A stretch of DNA of 64,000 nt from NCBI GenBank assembly GCA_965246885.1, contig OZ251992.1, forward strand, positions 3,200,001 through 3,264,000, read 5' to 3'. Origin of the DNA: Abditibacterium sp. GTDB lineage: Bacteria; Armatimonadota; Abditibacteriia; Abditibacteriales; Abditibacteriaceae. The notes beneath the pieces were generated by a model. It made no database searches. It had not been told where the DNA came from and was given only the letters and a program-made list of their open reading frames with translations. The position numbers and the translations under genes are program-made. Shown here in pieces: positions 8,443-20,537 of the stretch (positions are counted from its first letter, which is position 1; each line of letters starts with the position of its first letter).

Positions 8443-9882
8443 TCAGGGCAGCGACACCGCGACCGCGCGAGCCTGCCCAAACGGGACGCGCGCCAAAATG
8501 CGGCCCTGCGCGTCGCACGCCAGCGACTCGCCGCCGTTGGCGCTTTGCACGAGCGGCAAACCATTTTCGACGGCGCGCAGGACGCCCATCTGGGCATGTT
8601 GATACGGCGCTTCGGTTCCGCCGAACCATTCGTCGTTGGTGATAATGGCGAGCAAACTGGCCCCCCTCGCCAAGCGTTTGGCCGGGTCGGGAAAGCACGA
8701 CTCGAAGCAAATTAAAGGTGCGATTGTGCCGTGCGACCAACGGAGCGCGCCCTCGCCCGTTCCGGGCAAACACTCCGGGCGCGGCGACAGAATCGCCAGA
8801 AACGGCAGCCATTCCACGAACGGCGCGCGCTCGCCAAATGGGACGAGGCGCTCCTTGGCGCGGCCCATCGGCGGCTGGTTTGGTTCGAGGAGCAGGGCAT
8901 CGTTGCGGCGCGCGTCGCCGTTTGGCCCTGCGAAGAACTCTTGTGCGCCGACCAGAAGAGTCGTTTGGGGCGGCAACAACAAGCGCAGTTGCGCGTAGTC
9001 CAAGCCCGATAACCGGCGCGTTTGAGTTGTTCCCGACGGTGCGGGAACTCCGAACTCCGCCGTCGTTTCGGGCCACACGACGAGGTCGTATTTGCCGCTT
9101 CGCGTCGCTTCTTGGGTGAGCCGGAACGCTTGGGCGAAGGGCGTTTCCCCGCGCGCGTTGCCCGATTTCACGAGGCTCGCCACGTTTGTTTGCACGATCA
9201 AAACGCGCGCGCCCGTTTGCGTGAGCGGATGGGTACGCAAGACGAGTGCCCCGTAACCGTGCAAGACCACCAGCAACACGACCGGCGCGACGAAATGCGC
9301 TTTGGCGCGCGTGCGCATCCCCATCGCCAGACTCGCCGCGACGAAGACGCACACAAACGTCAGCCCATGCCCGCCAAAGGTCGCCGCGTTTTGCAGGAGG
9401 GGCAAGTCCCTCGTCTGCGAAAACGACAGCGCCCCCCAAGCGTGCGCGAGGGGAGAGACAGTGCGAAGCGCGTCCAACCCCGTCCACAGCACGGCGCACC
9501 AAAGCGGCGCTAAATGGGGCTTGCGCTCCGATTGCCACGCGACCAAACCGACTTGCAAACCATGAATCGCCGCGATGAGCGCAACCGCAATGAGCGAGAG
9601 GAAAAATCCCACCGCGACCGGCGCGCCGATGGCCGGGGCGCCTTTGGAAATCGTCGGAATCAGCCACCAGTTGATCAATCCGAACGACAAAAAGCCCGTT
9701 CGCCAACCAAAGCGAAAGCGTTGCTTGAGATTCGGGTCAAACAAGCAGTAGAAAAACGGCGCGAGCGCGAACCAACCGAGGGGCGCAACGCAAAACGCGC
9801 CCGCCAACCACCACAACAGGGCCGTTGCCAGCGCGCCAAAAAGCAGCGGGCGACGCGCGAGGGCGGATCGAAAACGGGCCAT
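8443..9882 (-). CDS. lnt: Apolipoprotein N-acyltransferase
   Basis: TM N-terminus, VVWPE, KERLVPFGE, PLICFES, TNDEWFG, LRAVEN nitrilase-fold triad motifs. Confidence 0.93.
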   Translation of the reverse strand: MARFRSALARRPLLFGALATALLWWLAGAFCVAPLGWFALAPFFYCLFDPNLKQRFRFGWRTGFLSFGLINWWLIPTISKGAPAIGAPVAVGFFLSLIAVALIAAIHGLQVGLVAWQSERKPHLAPLWCAVLWTGLDALRTVSPLAHAWGALSFSQTRDLPLLQNAATFGGHGLTFVCVFVAASLAMGMRTRAKAHFVAPVVLLVVLHGYGALVLRTHPLTQTGARVLIVQTNVASLVKSGNARGETPFAQAFRLTQEATRSGKYDLVVWPETTAEFGVPAPSGTTQTRRLSGLDYAQLRLLLPPQTTLLVGAQEFFAGPNGDARRNDALLLEPNQPPMGRAKERLVPFGERAPFVEWLPFLAILSPRPECLPGTGEGALRWSHGTIAPLICFESCFPDPAKRLARGASLLAIITNDEWFGGTEAPYQHAQMGVLRAVENGLPLVQSANGGESLACDAQGRILARVPFGQARAVAVSLP

Positions 9883-9901
9883 CAAGCGGGGGATGCCCGC
9901 G

Positions 9902-10333
9902 TCATTCCTTGGTGCTGGGCGGGAAGAGCAGTATCCGTTCGCCGGGGCGCACAAAGCCGTTTTCGGCCAAGGCGCGCTCGCGGCCCGACCCGCCACCAAA
10001 AGCCGCCAAGCGTTTGCGTCCGGCGTCCAACTGGGCGCGAAGCGCCTGAAGTGTAACCTGCTTGGTTCGCACGCGCGCGTGAACAGCCTTGTATTCGCCC
10101 CAGATTCCCTTGAGATGCCCGAAGCGCGACGAGACGCCAAACGCCGTGCCCGCGATGACAACTGTTGCGGCCAAGAAGCCCGTCCACGCGAGGGTGTTGA
10201 CGCGGCGGCGCTTGGCCTTTTTGCGCGCGCGCCGCGCGACCCCGCGCTCGTTGGCCGAGAGCGCGGGTGATGGGTTCTTGGCTTTAGGAGCCGGTTTAGG
10301 AACGGGACGAGACGGCGGCGATGATGATTTCAT
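9902..10333 (-). CDS. Septum formation initiator family protein (FtsB/DivIC-like)
   Basis: Basic N-terminus, single TM helix, coiled coil, GFVRPGE motif; directly downstream of eno as for ftsB. Confidence 0.7.
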   Translation of the reverse strand: MKSSSPPSRPVPKPAPKAKNPSPALSANERGVARRARKKAKRRRVNTLAWTGFLAATVVIAGTAFGVSSRFGHLKGIWGEYKAVHARVRTKQVTLQALRAQLDAGRKRLAAFGGGSGRERALAENGFVRPGERILLFPPSTKE

Positions 10334-10372
10334 AGAAGTCTCGGTGGGGACGCCGGAGGCGCTGGCGCCAAG

Positions 10373-11731
<1,359 letters not shown>

Positions 11732-11767
11732 TCACCTTACACACCCTAAACGACGTGTTCTGATGGG

Positions 11768-13168
11768 TCACACCCGTTTCCACGTCGTGCCGTCTATGCC
11801 GTCCTCCAACGCGATGCCAAGTTCCGCTAAACGGACGCGGATTTGGTCGCCGGTTGCGAAGTCGCGGCGTTCGCGGGCGCTTTGGCGGACGGAAATCAGC
11901 AGTTCGAGCAGGTGGGGCGTGAGGCTATCAGCGACGGTTTCTTCCTCGAACGAAAAACCGAGCATCTCCAAGGCGGCGCGGATGGTGCCGCCCAGATTTT
12001 GGTCGCTGGAGCGGTTGAACTCGGACACGAACTCGAACGCGGCGCCGATGGCTTCGGGGGTGTTGAGGTCGTCGTCCAAGGCGCTGTTCCACTTCGCGTC
12101 GAAGGCGCGCGCCGTTTCGCTCTGCGCGCTCTGCGGCTCAACGCCTTTGAGCGCCGTGAACAAGCGCGCCCATGACGCTTTGAACTGCTCGACTTTGGCT
12201 TCGATGTTGGGCACTTTGTCCTCGCCGCCCTTGGACGCGACATCAAGCGGCGAGCGCGGGTGCGTTTGCAAAAAGAGCAAGCGCCAGACGTTTTTGGGCG
12301 CCATCTTCAAAGCGTCCTCAAGGGTAACGAAGTTGCCCAACGACTTGCCCATCTTCTGCCCGTTGACGCGCAGTTCGCCGCAGTGCCACCAGACGTTGGC
12401 GAAGGTGTGGCCCTCGCCCAGATAGGATTCGGACTGCGCGATTTCGTTTTCGTGGTGCGGGAAGACCAGTTCGCGCGCGCCGCCGTGTATGTCGAAGCCC
12501 TCGCCCAGAATCTCCAGCGCCATCGCGGAACACTCGATGTGCCAGCCGGGGCGCCCGTCGCCATAGCGCGAAGGCCACGCGGGTTCGCCGGGTTTGGCGG
12601 CTTTCCACAGCGCGAAGTCGGCGGGGTCGTCCTTGGTTTCGCCGGGCAACACGCGCGCTCCGGCGCGCAGTTCGTCGGGTTTTTGGCCGCTCAGCTTGCC
12701 GTAATCCTCGTCTTTGGACACGTCGAAGAACACGTCGCCCTCGCGGGCGTAGGCGTAGCCGTTGCTTTCGAGTTGCCCAACCATCTCCAGAATCGGCGCG
12801 ATGTGCGTCGTGACGCGCGGGTATTCGTGCGCGGGCAACACGTCGAGCAGCGCCAGTTCCCGCAACGACTCCTCGTGGAAGCGGCCCGCTAAGGCGAGCG
12901 GGTCTTCGCCCAACTGCGCGGCGCGGTTGATGATCTTGTCGTCTATGTCGGTCACGTTCTGGACGTGACGCACGCGCAGGCCGCGATGTTCGAGGGTGCG
13001 GCGCAGGGCGTCGTAGGTCAAAAAGGCGCGCGCGTGTCCGATATGGAGCTTGTCGTAGGGCGTCACGCCGCAGACGTACATAGAAACTTCTCCCGCCACG
13101 CGTGGCGCAAGCGGCTCCTTTTCGCGCGACAGGGTGTTATAGAGGTTCAAAGACAAGGGCTGGCTCAT
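11768..13168 (-). CDS. cysS: Cysteine--tRNA ligase
   Basis: [42 protein letters not shown]. Confidence 0.97.
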   Translation of the reverse strand: MSQPLSLNLYNTLSREKEPLAPRVAGEVSMYVCGVTPYDKLHIGHARAFLTYDALRRTLEHRGLRVRHVQNVTDIDDKIINRAAQLGEDPLALAGRFHEESLRELALLDVLPAHEYPRVTTHIAPILEMVGQLESNGYAYAREGDVFFDVSKDEDYGKLSGQKPDELRAGARVLPGETKDDPADFALWKAAKPGEPAWPSRYGDGRPGWHIECSAMALEILGEGFDIHGGARELVFPHHENEIAQSESYLGEGHTFANVWWHCGELRVNGQKMGKSLGNFVTLEDALKMAPKNVWRLLFLQTHPRSPLDVASKGGEDKVPNIEAKVEQFKASWARLFTALKGVEPQSAQSETARAFDAKWNSALDDDLNTPEAIGAAFEFVSEFNRSSDQNLGGTIRAALEMLGFSFEEETVADSLTPHLLELLISVRQSARERRDFATGDQIRVRLAELGIALEDGIDGTTWKRV

Positions 13169-13176
13169 GGGGCGCG

Positions 13177-13182
13177 AGTATA
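13177..13182 (-). promoter_or_regulatory. -10-like box TATACT 8 nt upstream of the cysS ATG (probable leaderless promoter)
   Basis: Minus strand TATACT-cgcgcccc-ATG with no Shine-Dalgarno. Confidence 0.6.
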
Positions 13183-13261
13183 AAAGCGCGCCGGTGCGTT
13201 TTACTTATGGCGGCACTTCGCCCGTCCGCTTGTGTCAAAAGACGTCTCGCTGCATCGCATT

Positions 13262-15934
13262 ATGAAATCCCTGCCCGTCTTGCTTCTCGCGCCCTTCTTT
13301 CTGAGCGCCTCTTCCTCCTCCGCCGCCCCCAAAACCGCCGCGCCCCCTGCCGCTTGGCCCGGTTGGATGCCGATGCCCCTTCTGCCGCCTGCTGCCAAAG
13401 CTGCGGGCGTGTTTCCCGGAGGCGAAGGCTCGCAGTGGCCGCGCGGCCCCGTCGTGGTCTCGAAAAGCGACCCGAACTTTCTACTATTGCCCATAGATGT
13501 CGGCGGCTTGTATGCCTCGCACGATGGCGGCGCGCACTGGAAACCGGCGATGAACGGCTGGAACGCGCGCGGCGCCAACGGGTTCGCCATTGACCCGCGC
13601 AACGCGAAGCACGTGTTGGGAGTCGCGGGCAACTCGATGAACTGGGACAAGGGTTGGGGCATGAGTCCGCACGGCGTTTATCGCTCAAACGACGGCGCGG
13701 CGTCGTGGAAGCAAACCCTCGCGGCGCCCGATTTAGGCGGCTTTTCGCCCGCCTTCGACCCGTCGTCGTTCGACAAAACGAGTGGCATTTGCATGCGCGC
13801 CTACTTTCTGTCGGTGCATGATGGGCTATTCGTGAGCGAAGACGGCGGCACGACGTGGAAGGGCCTTGCGCGCACCACACGACTTGGCAATGGCTTCTTG
13901 CGGGCTGACGACGCGGGCACGGTCTACGTTGGCGGGAGTGCGGGCTTGTGGCGCTCGACTGACCGGGGCGCGACGTGGAAACAATCGCGCACCCAACCCA
14001 TCGCGGGCCTCGATTTGGGCGCCCTGCCGAATGTATTGTATGTGTCGGGCGATGACGGGCTGAGCATCTCGCGCGACGGCGGAACTACGTTTGCGCCGCT
14101 TGCGGCCAAAGGAGTGGAGCGGAGCGGCAAAGCGATCTTGAACATCACCGTTTCGCCCGCCGATGCCAAGCGCATGCTGTGCTGGGTGCAGGGCGACAAC
14201 TACCAGTGGGTGCGCTACGTGTCGGACGATGGCGGGGCGACCTTTGCGCCCATCAAAGTGGAGCGCGGCCAAGCGGGGCGCGACGACGGCACGGTGTCGA
14301 GCGTCCCCGGCGGCTACGCCAACTTGCCGCTCAACGTGCGCGAGGGCAAGTTCGCGTGGTCGCCGACGAACCCCAACTTGGTGTATGGCATCGGCGGCGA
14401 CTGGGTGACGCGTTCAACCGACGGCGGGCACACCTTCAAATGGTGGAACAACGGCTACAACGGCATCATGCTCGGCTCCAGCTTTAACTTCGCCGCGCAA
14501 GACCCCGCGCACGTCTTTCTGGCGTTTCAGGATTACAACACCGCCGACACCAAAGACGGCGGCGCGACGTGGACGTATCACGACGCGTCGGGCAAAGGCT
14601 GGGGTGGGCACTGCTACGGCGCGGGCCAAACGACTGGCGGCGTCTATTGGTATGGCGACGCCGACGACTGGGGCGGCAAGCGCCGCCTGCGCATCTCCTT
14701 CGACGCGGGCGCGACGTGGGATTTCGCCAAAACCGATGGGCAGGTGTGCGCGTGGGATGGCGCGGAAGTTTCCTTTACTTCGCCCCGCAACGACGCGGTT
14801 CTGTTCGCTTCCAACTGGCGCTCCGCCGACAAAGGGAAAACGTGGGCGAAGATGGAGGGATGTGACGGGGTGTTTATCAGCGCCGCCGATGGCCGCTTAT
14901 TCGGTCGCAAAGGAAGCGCGCTGGTGCAGTCCAAGGACGACGGCGCGACGTGGGACAAAGTCGCCGATGTTCCCGGCGGCTTCGCCGATGTCGCCTTCGA
15001 CGCCAAGCGTAACCGCTTTTACTTCGCGTCCGAGGGGCGCTTGAAGCGGTTGGACGACGGCAAATTTTCGGACGTGGCATTGCCGCGCGACCAGATGGGG
15101 AATGGGCCGCAAGCCGTCACAGTCGCCGTTGACGCGGACGCACCGGACGTGGTGTATGCGGGCGGACCGCGCAACCTGTATGCGAGCCATGCGACCGTTG
15201 TGCGTTCGCGCGACGGCGGCGCGACGTGGGAAAATCTGACGACGGGCGACGGCCCGCACGAGGTCGCGTGGATTCGCGTTCATCCCCTAACTGGGCAGGC
15301 GTGGCTCAACGGCCAGTGTTACGGCATGTGGCGCATCGCGCGCCCAACGACTTTGGGCGCCGCCGACCCCAAGCACGGCGACGCGCCGCGCATGCTTGCC
15401 GTTGCGAGTGTCGCCGACCTCAAACCGGCCCCGCCCGCCGCCGTGCGCGACCCGGACGAGCCGAAGATTACCGACATGGTCGCCGACTTCGGCGGGCGCA
15501 ACTTCGATTACGCCTACGGCGACATCTGGAAAGTGGGCCAGAACGTCACGACCGGCGACGACGAGGGCACCGGCTTCGTCCAACTCGACACGACCGAGCA
15601 CGGCGGTGCGGGATTGGTGCTCAACGGCGCCAACTTGCAGCCCGGCGGCCAAACCCACCTCGCCTTGCGCGCCCGCTTGCTCGATGGCAACGCGGCGGGA
15701 CTTTTGTCGGTCAACCTCAACCGCGCCGACGCGGACGGCGGCGGCAAAAGCGTCACCTTCGACCTTTCCAAACTGCGCGCCGACAAGTGGACGACTTTGC
15801 TCGTGCCCCTACCCGCAGGCGAGTGGACGAAGGTGCAGCAAGTGCAGATTCAGGGCACCAACTGGAACCCCGAAGCCAAACCGCTCCGCGTTCAAATAGA
15901 CGCTTTTGGCACGACGACGCCCGACGCGCGCTGA
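13262..15934 (+). CDS. Secreted BNR/Asp-box repeat beta-propeller protein (GH74/sialidase-like) with C-terminal beta-sandwich domain
   Basis: Signal peptide; many SxDGGxTW repeats; DVGGLY motif near the N-terminus. Confidence 0.8.
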   Translation: MKSLPVLLLAPFFLSASSSSAAPKTAAPPAAWPGWMPMPLLPPAAKAAGVFPGGEGSQWPRGPVVVSKSDPNFLLLPIDVGGLYASHDGGAHWKPAMNGWNARGANGFAIDPRNAKHVLGVAGNSMNWDKGWGMSPHGVYRSNDGAASWKQTLAAPDLGGFSPAFDPSSFDKTSGICMRAYFLSVHDGLFVSEDGGTTWKGLARTTRLGNGFLRADDAGTVYVGGSAGLWRSTDRGATWKQSRTQPIAGLDLGALPNVLYVSGDDGLSISRDGGTTFAPLAAKGVERSGKAILNITVSPADAKRMLCWVQGDNYQWVRYVSDDGGATFAPIKVERGQAGRDDGTVSSVPGGYANLPLNVREGKFAWSPTNPNLVYGIGGDWVTRSTDGGHTFKWWNNGYNGIMLGSSFNFAAQDPAHVFLAFQDYNTADTKDGGATWTYHDASGKGWGGHCYGAGQTTGGVYWYGDADDWGGKRRLRISFDAGATWDFAKTDGQVCAWDGAEVSFTSPRNDAVLFASNWRSADKGKTWAKMEGCDGVFISAADGRLFGRKGSALVQSKDDGATWDKVADVPGGFADVAFDAKRNRFYFASEGRLKRLDDGKFSDVALPRDQMGNGPQAVTVAVDADAPDVVYAGGPRNLYASHATVVRSRDGGATWENLTTGDGPHEVAWIRVHPLTGQAWLNGQCYGMWRIARPTTLGAADPKHGDAPRMLAVASVADLKPAPPAAVRDPDEPKITDMVADFGGRNFDYAYGDIWKVGQNVTTGDDEGTGFVQLDTTEHGGAGLVLNGANLQPGGQTHLALRARLLDGNAAGLLSVNLNRADADGGGKSVTFDLSKLRADKWTTLLVPLPAGEWTKVQQVQIQGTNWNPEAKPLRVQIDAFGTTTPDAR

Positions 15935-18471
15935 GGCGTCTTGAGCGAGAGCAGCACCGCCACCCCGACGTAAAGGAGCGCGCCCAGCGACAAGACGACC
16001 GAAAAGCCGAACATCTTCGCCAACACCGCCGCGCCGATGGAGCCAAGCACGCTCGCCGTCCCGTTGAGCGCCCACGCGAGCACCACGCCGCGCTCGCCAC
16101 GCCCGAACAAGCGCATCCCCGATGGGAACGGCGTGCCCAACAAAAAGCCAAGCGGGAGGAGGAGCAACACCGCCGCGATGCAGCGCAAGGTGATGGGCAA
16201 GCCGAGCAGGGCGCGGCTCGCGGCGTCGCTCGACACGGCGAACACGAGCGTCCATATCGCCACGCCAACGGCGCACATCAAGGCGTGACGGCGCAAACGG
16301 TCGCCCTCGAAGCGCTGCGAAAACAGGGCGCCCGCGCCGCCACCCAGCAGAACGGAAAAGAGGATGACCGTGAGCGAGAGCGTCGGGTAGCCGAGCGGCA
16401 ACACTAACTTTTGGATGAGCGGCACTTCGACCAGCATGAACCCGATGCCAAGCAGGAGGAACAGCCCCGTCGAGCGGGCGTTTTGCATCGCGTCGCGCTC
16501 GTCACGCTTGCCGCTAAAGGTGAGGAACGCCGCCAGCCCAAGCGTGGCCAACAGCGAGGCGCCAAGCATGCCGCTCAGCGAGGGCGACGCCTCGAACAGG
16601 GAAACGGGCGAGGTGCCCAAATCGAGGACGAAGGGGCGGTCGTCGGGGCACGGCGATAAGTCGAGCGCGAGCGGCTGCTCCGGCGTGGTTTGCAAACCCG
16701 CTTTGACGAAGGCATCAAGGGAAAGCGCGCCCGACAGCGTCGAGCCGAACGGATAGCCTTCGTCGCTTTGGGCGCGGCCCGGAATCCACAGAGGGAAGAG
16801 CTTGTGTGCGCTCGCGCTCGCCGCCATTTGCGTGGTTTGCGCGGGAGTGAAGGGCGTCTTTTTCACCATCAACACCCAGCCGTATGGCCCGCGCCTTTGC
16901 GGGTCGAAGACGACGGCGATATGTTGTCCGGCGTCGCGCTCCGACTGGCCCATGCGCTTGAAGTGATCTACCGCCGTCGCCGTCAAGCGCCCCAAGAGCG
17001 GCAGCGCGTCGCCCACGATGGCGAGACTGCCGCCGTCATCAAGGGCGTTCTGATAATCGTTGAACGCTTCGCGGGTGTAGATGAAGGACTCCAACAGCGC
17101 GGCGCCCTGTCCTGCTGTTGCGGTTTTGGTGAGGGCGGAAAAGACGAGACGGTATTTGCCTTTGGATTCGCGCAGCGCGTCGCGGCCCTCGGCGGTGCGG
17201 ACGTGGACTTTGGGGTTTTGGTAGATGCCGCCGTTCCACGCGACGTAGTGCGGCTCGTTCATCAGACCGACGATGGACGGATTTATCTCGGCGCCCTCGA
17301 AATGGCGCGCGCCGTAACGCAGCGCAAGCAAGGCGTCCAACCCGCCGCCCGGCCCGATGGAGAAAACGTCGGCGCCGCCCAAGTTCGCGTTGGCGTATGT
17401 CCACTCGGAGATGGGGAACTGCTCCGTCAGGGCGGGCAGTTGCCACTCTTTGCCACCCCAGTGCAGCATGTTGGTGGGCACGTTGCCGTTGGTGTAGATG
17501 AGCCACGAGTCCGGCCCCGCGTCGGGGTCAGCGACGACATCGGTGCGCGCGAAGGCGTTCCAGCGCGTGTCGAGGATGCGGGTGCGTGGCAGGCTCAGTT
17601 TCGCGCTCGCCTGTCCCGCCTTTTGCAGCGCGTCCAACAAGGGAGCGGCTTCGTTTTGCGCGCCGATCTCGGTGAACAGAGGCTGCGTCACGCCCCGGTC
17701 AGCCAAGCTGTTGCTGTCGGGCAAGAAGTTCCGGTCGAAGCGACGGCTTTCCTGCGCCTTGGCCCACGCCAATACCTGTTCCTGACGCTGGGCGGTCGAG
17801 ACTGGGTAAACGGGCGGAATCGGCGGCACCGCGAACAAGCCAAAGCGCGAATCGAAGGGCACGAGCGCCAGCAAAAATCCGCAGATGAGGAGCGGAAACG
17901 CGCGCTTTTGGGAAGTCAACACGCCCGCGAGCGCGCCCAACGCGCCAAACAGCAGCGCCGCATGCAGCGCGCCCACCCATTGCATCAGCAAGACCGACCC
18001 CGCCGCCGCGAGCGCCGCGCCCGCCAAGTCGTAGGCGTACAAGCGCCCGCCTTGCGCTTGGAAACGTCCGAACGCCAGCGACAAAAACGCGCCCGCAAAG
18101 CCAAAGGGCACAAGGACAACGAGCGCCGCGATCCAGTAGTTCTGCGGCGTGTGCGCGAACACGCCGCGCAGAATCAGCCCCAGCGCGACGGGCACCGCGA
18201 GTCCCCAGCCCAGCGCCGCGTTTTCCAAGGAAGTGCGGGGCCGCAGGTTCGCCCACAGCCCGCCCAACCCCAGCCCGCATAGCGCGAGCGACACCACCAA
18301 AAATGCGAACTGGTAGCGCAGCACGACGGCGAACACGCGCGACAGCGCCACCTCGAAGCCCAACACGGCGGCGGACAGAAGCGCAACAGCAAGGAAAATG
18401 GACAGAGGAACGGCAGATGAATTTTTCTCGGACGTTGTGGGAAGCACACCCTTAGTTTGCGCGGCGCCCAC
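15892..18471 (-). CDS. Membrane protein with central spermidine-synthase-like SAM-dependent domain
   Basis: TM blocks on both sides; LYAYDLAGAALA, IGPGGGLD, AEINPSI, AEGR, PCPDDRPF, AWALNG. Confidence 0.8.
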   Translation of the reverse strand: MGAAQTKGVLPTTSEKNSSAVPLSIFLAVALLSAAVLGFEVALSRVFAVVLRYQFAFLVVSLALCGLGLGGLWANLRPRTSLENAALGWGLAVPVALGLILRGVFAHTPQNYWIAALVVLVPFGFAGAFLSLAFGRFQAQGGRLYAYDLAGAALAAAGSVLLMQWVGALHAALLFGALGALAGVLTSQKRAFPLLICGFLLALVPFDSRFGLFAVPPIPPVYPVSTAQRQEQVLAWAKAQESRRFDRNFLPDSNSLADRGVTQPLFTEIGAQNEAAPLLDALQKAGQASAKLSLPRTRILDTRWNAFARTDVVADPDAGPDSWLIYTNGNVPTNMLHWGGKEWQLPALTEQFPISEWTYANANLGGADVFSIGPGGGLDALLALRYGARHFEGAEINPSIVGLMNEPHYVAWNGGIYQNPKVHVRTAEGRDALRESKGKYRLVFSALTKTATAGQGAALLESFIYTREAFNDYQNALDDGGSLAIVGDALPLLGRLTATAVDHFKRMGQSERDAGQHIAVVFDPQRRGPYGWVLMVKKTPFTPAQTTQMAASASAHKLFPLWIPGRAQSDEGYPFGSTLSGALSLDAFVKAGLQTTPEQPLALDLSPCPDDRPFVLDLGTSPVSLFEASPSLSGMLGASLLATLGLAAFLTFSGKRDERDAMQNARSTGLFLLLGIGFMLVEVPLIQKLVLPLGYPTLSLTVILFSVLLGGGAGALFSQRFEGDRLRRHALMCAVGVAIWTLVFAVSSDAASRALLGLPITLRCIAAVLLLLPLGFLLGTPFPSGMRLFGRGERGVVLAWALNGTASVLGSIGAAVLAKMFGFSVVLSLGALLYVGVAVLLSLKTPQRASGVVVPKASI

Positions 18472-18474
18472 GAC

Positions 18475-20496
18475 CTACTTCCCCACCGCCCCTTCCAGCG
18501 CGAAGTACACCATGAGTAGCGTCGCGCCCACCCCGGCGAAGACGGCCCAGAAGCGATTCGACGCCAAGTCGCGCCAGCGCCACAGTGCGCCCGCCAAAGC
18601 GCCCAGCATTGCGCCCGCATACATCCAGCCGCCCGGCGCGAAGCCATGCACGATGCCTTGCATCGCGGGGCGTAGCTTCTCGTCGCCCGCCAAAAGCCAA
18701 CTGCCGCCCATAAACGCCGCGTACACCGAGACGAGCGCGCCCAATAAGCCCAAGCTCACCAGCCACCCAAACGAGCGGCGGAACAGCGCGAAGACCAACG
18801 TCCAGAGGAGCCAGCACGCGCCCAGCGTGAGGCCGAACACGATGCCCGGTTCCCACGAGCGAATCGAAGCGGGAGAAAGCCAGTTGGTATGGCTTTGGTG
18901 CGTCAGCAGAAACGGGAGCGCCCGCAAACACGCGCCCGCCACCATGCCAAACGCGCCGTTGGCCAGCACCACCGCAAAGGGCGCCAAGACCGACGGGCCG
19001 CGCACGCGCGCCGTCCAAGGAACAGAAAGGTCGCCCATAGAGCCGGACAGTTCGATGCGCCCGTCGTATTTCCCCGGACGCAAGCGAAACGCATCGAAAG
19101 TGAACTCGATCTCAGGCGCCTCGCCCTCGAAGGAGCCGTGCGTCGAAAGCGCCCCCGCCCCCGTCAGAGCGCGCCCGAACAAAAAGCCGCGCCCGGTGTT
19201 GCGCAGTTTGACGACGCGCGTCTTGCGCGTTTCTTTGCCGAAGGAGCCGAAGTCGAGCGACGTCGGCGTGAGGGTAACGGAAGGCCGCGCGACCAAGCCC
19301 GTCGCTTGCAGCCACGTTTCCAAGCCCGCGCGCGGAGAGCCGGTTTGCCGCGCCCCTACCGCCGCGCGCGACAACGCTTCGTTGTTTTGCGCCGCCAGCC
19401 AGCGCTCGAACTCGCCCGCTCCCAAACGCTTGGCCGCCTCGTCGGGGAACTCGTCGCACAAGCGGGCGAGGTCTTGCAAGTCGCGCGCGTAGTGGCCGGA
19501 CTTGAACAGAAGCGGGGCGGTCTGCGGCGCGGAAAGGACGGTCGTTGGCGCGTTGACCACCCGCGCCGCCCCGCCGACTTCCAGCCGCTCCACAAGCGCC
19601 GCACCGTTTTGCGGGCGCTCGTCGGGCGACAGTTCGAGGCAGTCGCGCAGCAGTTCATCCACCCACGAGGGCAATTCAGGCCGGAAAGCGCGCGGGCCGC
19701 GCGCGAGCATCTGCGTTTCGTTGGCGGGGTCGGTCGGGTCGAGGCCGCACAGCAAGTGAAACCACGTCATGCCCCACGCGAACACGTCGCTCCGGGCGTC
19801 GGGGCTGGCCGATTCGGTCGCTGTCGGCGGCGCGTAACCTAAGGTGCCGCCGCCCGTCGTCGCGCGCCGCGCCCGCGTGCCATAGCGGTCGCCGCCACTC
19901 TCGAACTGCGAGGCGATGCCGAAGTCGAGCAAGACGGCTTCCAAAGAGTCAGCGCGCAAGCGGATGTTTTCCGGCTTGAGGTCGCGGTGCACAAAGCCGC
20001 GCGCGTGAACGTGGGCCAAGGCCGAGGCGATTTGGCGCATCCACTCCAACGCCTCACCGATGTCGAGCCGCCCGCCTTCGGCTTCGGCGCGCGCCAGCAA
20101 GTCCGGCCCCGCGATGTAATCCATAACCAGATAATGCCGCGCGTCGAGCATTTCCAGCGCGCCGCCGTGATCGGGACACTCGCGCAACTGCGGGAAGTCC
20201 AGCCCGCACACACGGCACACCCGCCACGCGCCCGAATCGCGCTCGTAGTGCCCGCGCACGATGTGGGGGTGGTTGAGGTTGGATAAGTGAATCGCTTCGG
20301 CACGGAACTGCGCCAAAGCCGCGTCCCGCTCACTCCCGCGTTCGTCCAACACGTGCATTTCTTTCAAGGCAACGGGCGTGTGCAGTTCGGAATCGAGGCA
20401 GCCATACACCGTCCCAAACGCGCCGCACCCCAAGAGCTTCTGGATTTCATAGCGGCGCTGAACCATGTCGCGCGGGCGGTGTCGGAGTTGAGGCAT
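18475..20496 (-). CDS. Hanks-type Ser/Thr protein kinase with C-terminal Ig-like and TM regions
   Basis: LGCGAFGTVY, VALKE, HRDLKPEN, DFG, GTLGYAPP, SDVFAWG. Confidence 0.92.
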   Translation of the reverse strand: MPQLRHRPRDMVQRRYEIQKLLGCGAFGTVYGCLDSELHTPVALKEMHVLDERGSERDAALAQFRAEAIHLSNLNHPHIVRGHYERDSGAWRVCRVCGLDFPQLRECPDHGGALEMLDARHYLVMDYIAGPDLLARAEAEGGRLDIGEALEWMRQIASALAHVHARGFVHRDLKPENIRLRADSLEAVLLDFGIASQFESGGDRYGTRARRATTGGGTLGYAPPTATESASPDARSDVFAWGMTWFHLLCGLDPTDPANETQMLARGPRAFRPELPSWVDELLRDCLELSPDERPQNGAALVERLEVGGAARVVNAPTTVLSAPQTAPLLFKSGHYARDLQDLARLCDEFPDEAAKRLGAGEFERWLAAQNNEALSRAAVGARQTGSPRAGLETWLQATGLVARPSVTLTPTSLDFGSFGKETRKTRVVKLRNTGRGFLFGRALTGAGALSTHGSFEGEAPEIEFTFDAFRLRPGKYDGRIELSGSMGDLSVPWTARVRGPSVLAPFAVVLANGAFGMVAGACLRALPFLLTHQSHTNWLSPASIRSWEPGIVFGLTLGACWLLWTLVFALFRRSFGWLVSLGLLGALVSVYAAFMGGSWLLAGDEKLRPAMQGIVHGFAPGGWMYAGAMLGALAGALWRWRDLASNRFWAVFAGVGATLLMVYFALEGAVGK

Positions 20497-20537
20497 CGGG
20501 AATCGGTGGAGGAAAGTGTGAATCCTCCACCAATTCC

